49,490 nt of DNA from Methanoregulaceae archaeon (GTDB lineage Archaea > Halobacteriota > Methanomicrobia > Methanomicrobiales > Methanospirillaceae): the NCBI GenBank assembly GCA_028679315.1, contig JAJRBU010000006.1:1-49490 (forward strand), given 5' to 3'. Position numbers and translations under genes: made by a program. Shown here piece after piece: positions 42,289 to 49,490 of the stretch (its first letter is position 1; each line of letters begins with the position of its first letter). The notes under the pieces are model-generated. The model was given only the letters and a program-made list of their open reading frames with translations, was not told where the DNA came from and ran no database searches.

Positions 42289-43362
42289 ATGAAATACATG
42301 CAGCCAAGGCCGAGCTCGATCGTCGCCGCCCTCTACACGGCCCGCGATCTTGAGGTCGATGTAGCCGTGCTTCACGGGCCGTCGGGATGCTCGTTCAAGC
42401 ATGCCCGTCTCCTTGAAGAGGACGGAATGCGGGTACTGACCACCTCGCTTGCCGACCACGAGTTCATCTTTGGAGGCCAGGAGCCGCTCGAACGTGTCCT
42501 CCAATATGCAGAAGAGCAGTTTCACCCGCACCGGATGGCGGTGGTGGGAACCTGTGTCTCAATGATCATCGGAGAGGATCTCAAATCAGCCGTTGTGCTG
42601 TCAGGAGTCTCAACGCCTACGATCGCAATCGAGATCCATGCGGGATACCCCGAGAACATTGAAGGGGTGATCGCCACGCTCGAACCGGCTGCCGAAGCGG
42701 GATGGATCTCGACTGATGAACTCGAACGACAGAAGTACCTGCTCGGCAAGGCAAACGAGGTGGAACGCCTCCGGGGAGCCGCCTGCAAACCCTACATCGA
42801 GCCGTCACGAGGGGATCTCAAGCACCTGGTCGCAAGCAGACTTGCCAGGCTTGCAGAATCGGGGGAGAGGGGTGTTGCGATTATGAACGCCAAGAAGGAG
42901 ACCGCCTACATGTTTGCCGATGAACTCCTGGCACTCCATGATACCTGCCCCTGCGCCGATATTACCTATATTGCAAACCTTGAGTCCCGCGGGCTTCCGA
43001 AGGTGCGGGAGGATGCCCGCCGGATCCTCACCGGGATGACGGGGCGCGGGGTGGAACCCGAACTGCTCGGGGCCCTCGATGAGTATGGCGCCAACGGGGA
43101 TGCCGTCGGACAGCGCATTGCGGAGCTGGACCCGGAGTTTGCCCTGATCGTCGGGGTACCGCACGCTATCCCCGGGGAGTATATTGACGGTATCGAGTGC
43201 ATCTCGATCACGAACGGGCCCCGCCAGGTCGAGCCGCTCCGTGACCTCGGGCACCGTTATGTGGTGGTAGAGGTGGATCTTCATCCCAAGACCCTCGGAG
43301 TCAAGAAAATTGTCGAGAGCGAGTTTGGTGCGGTCCTCCGGAGCATGTCATGCGGGCCCTGA
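42289..43362 (+). CDS. cfbD: Nitrogenase NifD/NifE-like component of Ni-sirohydrochlorin a,c-diamide reductive cyclase
   Basis: The signature VLHGPSGCSFKH...VVGTCVSMIIGEDL has Cys34 and Cys89, and the position equivalent to the first triad Cys is Ser9. Synteny is cfbA-cfbE-[this]-cfbB. Confidence 0.7.
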   Translation: MKYMQPRPSSIVAALYTARDLEVDVAVLHGPSGCSFKHARLLEEDGMRVLTTSLADHEFIFGGQEPLERVLQYAEEQFHPHRMAVVGTCVSMIIGEDLKSAVVLSGVSTPTIAIEIHAGYPENIEGVIATLEPAAEAGWISTDELERQKYLLGKANEVERLRGAACKPYIEPSRGDLKHLVASRLARLAESGERGVAIMNAKKETAYMFADELLALHDTCPCADITYIANLESRGLPKVREDARRILTGMTGRGVEPELLGALDEYGANGDAVGQRIAELDPEFALIVGVPHAIPGEYIDGIECISITNGPRQVEPLRDLGHRYVVVEVDLHPKTLGVKKIVESEFGAVLRSMSCGP

Positions 43363-44732
43363 TGGTCTCCGGGGATCGTTCGGGGAGCGGAAAGACCAGT
43401 ATCAGCCTTGCGATCGCTGCCCTGCTCTCCCGGGAGCTGACGGTCCAGACCTTCAAGGTGGGGATGGACTATATCGATCCCTCCTATCTTACCGGGGTTA
43501 CAGGCCGTCCCTGCCGGAATCTGGATACGTTCGTGATGGCCCAGGAAGATCTTGCCCGGATCTTTGCCCACGGGATGCGCGGGGCCGAGATGGGCCTGGT
43601 CGAGGGCGTCAGGGGTCTTTACGAGGGGGCAGAGTCGCTTGGGGATACCGGGAGCAGTGCAGCCGTGGCAAAGCTCCTCAAAATACCGGTCGTGCTGGTC
43701 GTGAGCGCACGGAGTATCACCAGAAGCGCTGCAGCGATTGTAAGGGGATTCCAGTCGTTCGACCCTGAAATCGATATCAGGGGGATCATCCTGAACAATG
43801 TCTCCGGGCCACAGCATATCCGGAAAGCCACCGAGGCGATAGAACACCACTGCGGGATCCCGGTCATCGGGGCGGTCCCGCGCCAGCCTGCTATGGAGCT
43901 CGCGATGCGGCACCTGGGGCTGGTTCCCTACCTCGAGGGAAAAACTGCCCCGTCCTTCCTCAAACGGATCGAGGATGTCACCGCGATGGTCGGGGATCAC
44001 ATCGATCTCGAGGCCCTGCTCGACCTGGCCGTTCCTGTTACCACACTTCCCGCTACGGATCCCTTGTTCCAGCCTGCGGATGCTCACGATACGACTATCG
44101 CGGTTGCACTTGATGAGGCGTTCAATTTCTATTATGCAGATCTCTTTGATATCCTCAACTCTGAGGGTGCGGAAGTCATCACCTTCAGCCCGATCCACGA
44201 CCAGCTCCCTGAGGCTGACGGGTATATCTTTGGCGGGGGATACCCGGAACTGTTCCTGCATGAACTGGAAGCCAATGACAGGATGAGGGAGGCGGTCTGC
44301 GAGCGGTCACGCGAAGGGGTCCCTGTCTATGCCGAATGTGGTGGCCTGATGTACCTCACCGGCGCGATACGGACGAAGGCCGGGTGGCAGGGATCAGACC
44401 ACGAGGTGTCCTGCCGGATGTGCGGGGTCTTTGAAGGTGAGACGATTATGCCGGCACGGCGTATCGTAAGTTACGTTGAAGGGGAGAGCCATGGGAAAAG
44501 CCCTCTTGGGGGTGGTCACTTCAGGGGCCACGAGTTCCATTACTCGGACGTGAATCTCCCGGAGGATACCCGTTTCTCCTACCTGCTCTCACGGGGTAAA
44601 GGTATCAGGGGGCAGCTCGATGGTGCGGTCCGGGACAACACCATCGGGAGTTACACCCATCTCCACCCGGTAAGCAGCCGGGGCATGTTTGCTTCTTTTA
44701 TCGCGTCCTGCAGGGCTCGTGCCCGGGGATAA
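43350..44732 (+). CDS. cfbB: CobB/CbiA-family a,c-diamide synthase (Ni-sirohydrochlorin a,c-diamide synthase)
   Basis: The N-terminal ATP-binding motif is GDRSGSGKTS. The C-terminal glutamine amidotransferase region has YAECGGLMYL. It overlaps cfbD by 13 nt. Confidence 0.75.
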   Translation: MRALMVSGDRSGSGKTSISLAIAALLSRELTVQTFKVGMDYIDPSYLTGVTGRPCRNLDTFVMAQEDLARIFAHGMRGAEMGLVEGVRGLYEGAESLGDTGSSAAVAKLLKIPVVLVVSARSITRSAAAIVRGFQSFDPEIDIRGIILNNVSGPQHIRKATEAIEHHCGIPVIGAVPRQPAMELAMRHLGLVPYLEGKTAPSFLKRIEDVTAMVGDHIDLEALLDLAVPVTTLPATDPLFQPADAHDTTIAVALDEAFNFYYADLFDILNSEGAEVITFSPIHDQLPEADGYIFGGGYPELFLHELEANDRMREAVCERSREGVPVYAECGGLMYLTGAIRTKAGWQGSDHEVSCRMCGVFEGETIMPARRIVSYVEGESHGKSPLGGGHFRGHEFHYSDVNLPEDTRFSYLLSRGKGIRGQLDGAVRDNTIGSYTHLHPVSSRGMFASFIASCRARARG

Positions 44733-44773
44733 CCAGCAGGTAAAAAATACTAGTACTTCCAAATCTAGCAGGT

Positions 44774-45643
44774 ATGATCATCTATATTGACGGGAAGTAT
44801 CTGCCAAAGGAGGAGGCACGCATCTCTGTCTTTGACCATGGATTCCTCTACGGGGACGGGGTCTTTGAGGGAATCCGGGCGTATAACGGCAGGGTTTTCC
44901 GGCTCCAGGAGCATCTCGACCGGTTGTATGACTCAGCACGGACAATTGACCTCACGGTCCCGATCTCAAAGCAGGAGATGGGAGAGATCATCCTCGAAGT
45001 GCTTAGGAGAAACCAGCTCTCGAACGGGTATATCCGGCCTCTTGTCTCACGGGGTGTCGGAGACCTCGGTCTTGACCCGCGGAAGTGCCCGAAGGCCTCG
45101 GTGATCGTGATCGCGGTCGAATGGGGAGCGATGTACGGAGAGCTCTACGAGAAGGGCCTCAAGGCAATCACGGTCTCGGTCAGGAGGAACCCAGCCGATG
45201 CACTCCCGCCGAATGTCAAGAGCCTGAACTACCTGAACAACATCCTGGCAAAGATCGAGGCAAACTACAAAGGTGGCGACGAGGCAATCTTCTTTGATAC
45301 CAACGGGTATATCGCGGAAGGCTCGGGAGACAACATATTCGTCGTGAAAAACGGCGTCATCTTCACCCCGCCGACCCTGAACAACCTCCGTGGGATCACC
45401 CGTGCGGTCGTCCTCGAGATCGCAAAATCCCACGGGCTCACGCTCATGGAGCAGAACCTCGGGTACTACGACATGTATTCTGCCGACGAGGTGTTCGTGA
45501 CCGGCACTGCTGCCGAGGTTGCCCCGATTGTCCTGATCGACGGCAGGTCAATCGGGACCGGAAAGCCCGGCCCTGTCACCCGCCAGCTGATGGCAGCGTT
45601 CAAGACGGTCACCGAGACCGAAGGGACGCCAATCTATATGTGA
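44774..45643 (+). CDS. ilvE: Branched-chain amino acid aminotransferase (PLP fold-type IV)
   Basis: Typical IlvE blocks are [40 protein letters not shown] and EGSGDNIF. Confidence 0.88.
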   Translation: MIIYIDGKYLPKEEARISVFDHGFLYGDGVFEGIRAYNGRVFRLQEHLDRLYDSARTIDLTVPISKQEMGEIILEVLRRNQLSNGYIRPLVSRGVGDLGLDPRKCPKASVIVIAVEWGAMYGELYEKGLKAITVSVRRNPADALPPNVKSLNYLNNILAKIEANYKGGDEAIFFDTNGYIAEGSGDNIFVVKNGVIFTPPTLNNLRGITRAVVLEIAKSHGLTLMEQNLGYYDMYSADEVFVTGTAAEVAPIVLIDGRSIGTGKPGPVTRQLMAAFKTVTETEGTPIYM

Positions 45644-45708
45644 TACTCCCCGGCATCCATATCCACAATTATTTTTACGTTGAAGATCTAACAGGATAAA
45701 GCAACGTT

Positions 45709-45783
45709 GCTGCTATAGTGTAGTCCGGCCAATCATTTCGGCCTTTCACGCCGAAGACTGGGGTTCGAATCCCCATAGCAGCA
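45709..45783 (+). tRNA. tRNA-Glu (anticodon UUC), no encoded CCA
   Basis: The acceptor stem is GCTGCTA/TAGCAGC with discriminator A. The D region is GTGTAGTCCGGCCAATCAT. The anticodon stem TCGGC/GCCGA carries loop CTTTCAC (TTC at 45745-45747). The T-arm is TGGGG-TTCGAAT-CCCCA. Confidence 0.92.
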
Positions 45784-45786
45784 CTC

Positions 45787-45791
45787 TTTTT
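45787..45791 (+). terminator. Oligo-T tract directly after the tRNA (archaeal-type termination signal)
   Basis: TTTTT lies 4 nt downstream of the discriminator base. Confidence 0.3.
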
Positions 45792-46294
45792 CCAAACTAC
45801 CTGTCAAATTATTGAAGACTCAATTTCCCAGGTTTCGATGAGTGAAAACCGTGACAACGGTTTTAAACAGAGGTTATTTCCTTTATAAGGATCACCTTCA
45901 AAATAAGCCCGTTTTGGGCTCTGTTTCCCCAATTTTGATCCCGCAAACTAGTTTCCATAAGAAATAATATCCACCCCTATGGAGAATATTGATATAATCG
46001 CTTAATTTCAAAAATCTCTCTTTATTGCGGTTCTGTACCAGGGTAATTCCAGGGGCAGGATTCACATCGGTTGTAACAAAGAGATGCCCTTGAATGCATT
46101 CTATGAAGGTCGTTAAAGGTCCGGTAATCGTTGGGTTTTATCCGATTAAACGAATATTTAAGCGTTTATTTTAAATATTTTGCATTTATAGGGCGGTATG
46201 TTGGTTTCAGTAGGGAATGGCATGCCAGATGAGCGTGTCCGATCCTCCGAAACCTTTAAACATCTGGAGCTGATCCTCACAATGGGGAGTATCT

Positions 46295-47119
46295 ATGGTT
46301 GCAGCGGAAAAGCCTGGTATTGAATTCCCGAGTGTACTCGACCGTGCCTACAAGGAATACAAGCGCCACTTGAAGGTGGAGGATATCATGAGCAGGGAGG
46401 TTGCCACCACAACCCCCGATACGATCATGGCGGATGCGGCGAAGCAGATGGGTGAGAAACACATCGGGAGCCTGATCGTCATGCAATACGGCACCCCGAT
46501 CGGGATCGTGACTGAGCGTGACCTCCTCTCAAAGATTCTTGCAGGGGGTCTTGGTATAGGGACGACACTGGTCAGCCATGTGATGTCGTACCCGCTCATC
46601 AAGATCTGCCCCGACCTGGAGATACGGGAAGCGGCACGGACCATGATCCGGAGAAAGGGAAGGCTAGCAGTCTTCCAGTGTGGGGATATTGCAGGGGTAA
46701 TCACGGCATCGGACCTTATCCGCGAGATGCCCGATGCTCCCGAGACAACCCTTGTGGTCGATGAATTCATGACAAAGGAGCTGAAGAGCATCAGCGAGGA
46801 TGAGACTGTGGAAGAGGCTGCAGGGATCATGGGGAGGGAGCGGATCGGCAGTCTGATCGTGACCAGGGACGAGAAGCCTATCGGGATATTCACTGAACGC
46901 GATCTCCTCACGACCTTCCTTGCCAGGGGAAGGCCCCTTGATGCTCCGGTGAGCATGGCATCCTCATCGCCGCTGATCACTGCCCCGGCCGGGATTAGCA
47001 TCCATTCCGCGGCGAAGACCATGGCATCAAAGCACATCCGGAGGCTGGTCCTCATGAAGAAGAAAACCATGGCAGGGATCATCACCGCAAGGGACCTTGT
47101 AGAGGCATACGCACGGTAA
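46295..47119 (+). CDS. Protein made of four CBS domains (two Bateman modules)
   Basis: There are four repeats of the CBS pattern, for example IMSREVATTTPDT...IGIVTERDLL and FMTKELKSISEDE...IGIFTERDLL. Confidence 0.85.
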   Translation: MVAAEKPGIEFPSVLDRAYKEYKRHLKVEDIMSREVATTTPDTIMADAAKQMGEKHIGSLIVMQYGTPIGIVTERDLLSKILAGGLGIGTTLVSHVMSYPLIKICPDLEIREAARTMIRRKGRLAVFQCGDIAGVITASDLIREMPDAPETTLVVDEFMTKELKSISEDETVEEAAGIMGRERIGSLIVTRDEKPIGIFTERDLLTTFLARGRPLDAPVSMASSSPLITAPAGISIHSAAKTMASKHIRRLVLMKKKTMAGIITARDLVEAYAR

Positions 47120-47198
47120 GGGACGCTCACCGGAAAAACGGTCGTCGTACCTTGGGATAAGTCCCCTTTTTCAATTCCTTGGCGAGCCCTCCCCCGGG

Positions 47199-48125
47199 TT
47201 AGAAGAATGCATCGAGGCCGATAGAGATGGCATAGATCAGCATGGTGACATGGAAGAGCGGAAGCACTGCAAGACCGGTATCCGGAGTCCTGTCTTTACT
47301 GATTGCTGCATTTGCCACAAGGAGCAGGCAGAGCCCAAGAACGATCCCTCCCCGTCCTATCCAGCCCAGACGAGTCATGAAGAGGAGCGCGGTCACTACA
47401 TGGATGGCAGTAAATCCCGCAATCCATATCGCCGTTCCGAAAGGCCCGTACAGGGTTGTCACCGTATTCATCCCCCGTGCCTTGTCGTTCTTGACATCGA
47501 TCAGATCATTTACCCCGAGATGGGCCTGGGCAAACGGGTAAAAGAACAGGAAATAAAAAAGGGCCAGTATATCGGGATTTCCGATGCTCAGATACCCGGC
47601 GACCGGAAACATGGCAAAATCGGTACGGCCGACCAGCTGTGCGAGAGGGACCCGCTGGTTTCGTTTCTGGACCTGATAAAAGACTTCTACACCGTAGCTG
47701 TAGAGCATGATGATGAAGACGTACGCAGAGTGCGGATAGGGCAGGGTCGCAGTGAGAAAGATGGTCGCTGCCACCAGAACAATGAATACAACAAGGGCCT
47801 CCCGGGAGGAAACAAGCCCCTCCGGTATCGGTCGTCTCCCAAAAAACCTCCAGTACTTTGTCAGTCTTCCGGCTTCGATATCCCGGGCATCGTAGTTCCT
47901 GTCGACGTAATCATTGAGAACAAAACCTGCCTCGAATCCCAGGAAACCGATACATGCTACTTTCAGGAGGTCATACCACGAGAAGAGACCGTATACGGAA
48001 GTGGCGAGGAGATAGCCGGAGCAGAAGAGAATGGGCCATGCGAAAAAGAAATGGAGCCGGAGGAGATCCAGGTAGCCCCTCAATACCTGATGCATGAAAG
48101 TGATATCGGCACTATCATAATTCAT
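47199..48125 (-). CDS. UbiA-family aromatic/isoprenoid prenyltransferase (membrane)
   Basis: The first Asp-rich motif is NDYVDRNYDARD and the second is NDLIDVKNDKARG. About 8 hydrophobic segments are present. The substrate cannot be assigned from sequence alone. Confidence 0.8.
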   Translation of the reverse strand: MNYDSADITFMHQVLRGYLDLLRLHFFFAWPILFCSGYLLATSVYGLFSWYDLLKVACIGFLGFEAGFVLNDYVDRNYDARDIEAGRLTKYWRFFGRRPIPEGLVSSREALVVFIVLVAATIFLTATLPYPHSAYVFIIMLYSYGVEVFYQVQKRNQRVPLAQLVGRTDFAMFPVAGYLSIGNPDILALFYFLFFYPFAQAHLGVNDLIDVKNDKARGMNTVTTLYGPFGTAIWIAGFTAIHVVTALLFMTRLGWIGRGGIVLGLCLLLVANAAISKDRTPDTGLAVLPLFHVTMLIYAISIGLDAFF

Positions 48126-48412
48126 CCTTTTGCTCTGAAAATCAGAATCGCCAATGGATTAAAGAGATCTCACCAGGGTTCGGAGACAGCAGCGATTCCA
48201 TCATAGTTCAGATAAGCCGGACGATCAGGGATACTCTCCCACTGCTCTTTCTACTTCTCCAAGGGCAGTGCATCTTCTTCTGTTAATACACCGGGATGAA
48301 CGTGATATCACGGGGTAAGAGAGGTTAGGTTTTGGACAGCGAATATCCGGCTATGGTCCCGATAAGCCCAGTCGGCAGCCATCCTAAGATAAAAAACAGT
48401 GAGGGGAAGGTA

Positions 48413-48643
48413 TCAGGCTTGTTTCAGACAGGGTCGGCACCGTTTCAACTGCCGATCAATATCTTCGTGGATGACCTGTTTGATCTCCTGGATCAGCCGC
48501 AGGCTCACGATAGCGGGGTCTTCTCCAGTCTTTTTTGCAATCTCCTGCGAGAGGTAGGGGATTGAATATTCGGAAAACTTCATCGGGGTGCCGGTGATCT
48601 TCCAGATCGCAAATTCAAGTTCTTCTTTCAGGGTCGGGTGCAT
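48413..48643 (-). CDS. Small hypothetical protein (76 aa)
   Basis: The translation is helical-looking and non-repetitive. A TATA-like tattataaaataa lies on the same strand ~60 nt upstream. No SD sequence and no recognisable motif were seen. Confidence 0.35.
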   Translation of the reverse strand: MHPTLKEELEFAIWKITGTPMKFSEYSIPYLSQEIAKKTGEDPAIVSLRLIQEIKQVIHEDIDRQLKRCRPCLKQA

Positions 48644-48869
48644 GCATCACTTCCGGAGGGAACAACAACCTTGAAAAAATGTCGGTTCTCATTACATTAG
48701 AGAGATTATTTTATAATACTTATGAATAGGTCAAGCTGTTTTCAGAGGTAAACCTCTCTCATGTTCCCAGTTGTTTCCCGGAACGCGCCAGCGGACTATC
48801 ACTGCTTGGTCCCAGGTATGCTCATAAAAATCCGGTGGATGAGACCACCCATTTTGCTCCCGATTCACC

Positions 48870-49490
48870 TCATGCCGTTTTAAAGGTCCTGATTACCGTG
48901 ATAGAATCCAAAATTCTCTGGGCGTCTGCCTTGTTGTGATTATATACATTCTCCCAGTTCGAATAAGGGCCGAAATAGCTGACGATGTAGACTTTCCCAT
49001 CGATAACTGCATAATACTGCATATAGCTCCGGTCGGCGTTCCCTCTTTTGTCGTGTGTGTAATATTCGATCTGGTAAGCCCGGACATCAGAAAGCAGGGC
49101 AGGTGCGCTCTTGCTTGTTGTTGTGATGTAGTAATTCAGCTGGAGATTTGAGACTGCTTTATTGAAATAGTCTTCAAGGATCACGGTCTGAGGTTTCTGA
49201 TCGATTTCGACTGTGAAATTGGCGATATAATTGTAGCACTGGCTGTTATCTGCATCACATCCGGTCTCAATCGGGGCAGTCAGAGTAAGAACGGTCCTTC
49301 CTGCTACCGCTTCGTTGATGCTCCAGTTCCTTGGGTAGCGGAGAGAGAATCCATATTTTTTATTGGCATAGGTAATCCAGGGATCGAGCGGGACTTCTTC
49401 TGTTACTTCCGGGGTCGGGGTCAGGGTCAGGGTTGGTTCTGCCCGGATAAGGACCGCAGATTGGTTCAGATCTTCTGCCTCTGAATCAGG
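48870..49490 (-). CDS. Hypothetical secreted-type protein, 5'-truncated by the window edge
   Basis: I translated the minus-strand frame of the 48870-49184 ORF, and it stays open to position 49490: ...AEPTLTLTPTPEVTEEVPLDPWITYANKKYGFSLRYPRNWSINEA.... The internal GTG at 49184 is therefore probably not the start. The T/P-rich linker followed by a YxNxxYGFSxxYPxxW beta-rich domain suggests an exported protein. Confidence 0.6.
   Translation of the reverse strand, partial: PDSEAEDLNQSAVLIRAEPTLTLTPTPEVTEEVPLDPWITYANKKYGFSLRYPRNWSINEAVAGRTVLTLTAPIETGCDADNSQCYNYIANFTVEIDQKPQTVILEDYFNKAVSNLQLNYYITTTSKSAPALLSDVRAYQIEYYTHDKRGNADRSYMQYYAVIDGKVYIVSYFGPYSNWENVYNHNKADAQRILDSITVIRTFKTA

Noticed and set aside
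43281-44261. A 326-aa minus-strand ORF opposite cfbD/cfbB
   Set aside because: It has no recognisable motifs and a biased composition. The plus-strand CbiA-type protein is clearly real.
45709-46294. An integrated mobile element or prophage at tRNA-Glu
   Set aside because: There is no integrase or other mobile-element gene. I could not find a direct repeat of the tRNA 3' end downstream by eye. The region is too short to be an element.
47250-48206. A 318-aa plus-strand ORF opposite the UbiA prenyltransferase
   Set aside because: The minus-strand product has the two Asp-rich UbiA motifs and regular TM helices. The plus-strand translation is charged, low-complexity and lacks motifs.
48332-48565. 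A 77-aa plus-strand ORF overlapping the 48413-48643 minus-strand ORF
   Set aside because: Neither ORF has motifs. The minus-strand ORF has the more protein-like translation and a TATA-like element upstream, so only that one is listed, at low confidence.

Overview
All calls come from reading the ORF translations and DNA by eye; no searches or computations were run.

The window looks like a chromosomal segment of a methanogenic euryarchaeon, with Methanomicrobiales-like gene content. Supporting genes are the coenzyme F430 genes cfbA-cfbE-cfbD-cfbB, H4MPT-linked genes, an FprA flavodiiron protein, hypA/hypE, an archaeal-type phosphoribulokinase, diphthine synthase, a NusA-KH protein, PolX and tRNA-Glu(UUC). 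Genes are densely packed and many neighbours overlap by 1-29 nt.

The left ~9 kb (695-9139) is an accessory-looking cell-surface island of four consecutive signal-peptide proteins:
- a Cys-rich parallel beta-helix giant
- two modular proteins that share N- and C-terminal modules, one carrying a (PTTV)14 linker
- a papain-like C1 protease with two Asp-box repeats

The remainder is mostly housekeeping and cofactor biosynthesis.

The strongest candidate for something undescribed is a translationally coupled nitrogenase-like operon on the minus strand (24637-27575). It encodes a NifH-like ATPase plus two short NifD/K-like subunits, each with a three-Cys triad. It is not a nif operon, and it is distinct from the cfbD gene that sits 15 kb away in a cfb cluster lacking its own cfbC.

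Secondary points of interest:
- a probable heteromeric cis-prenyltransferase pair: a catalytic UppS lacking the C-terminal RxG, next to a catalytically degenerate paralog ending in RRFGK
- a radical-SAM gene coupled to uppS
- an orphan H4MPT-linked three-gene operon
- an LPxTG-like C-terminal signal in an archaeal surface protein
- a perfect 24-bp palindrome in a long leader region
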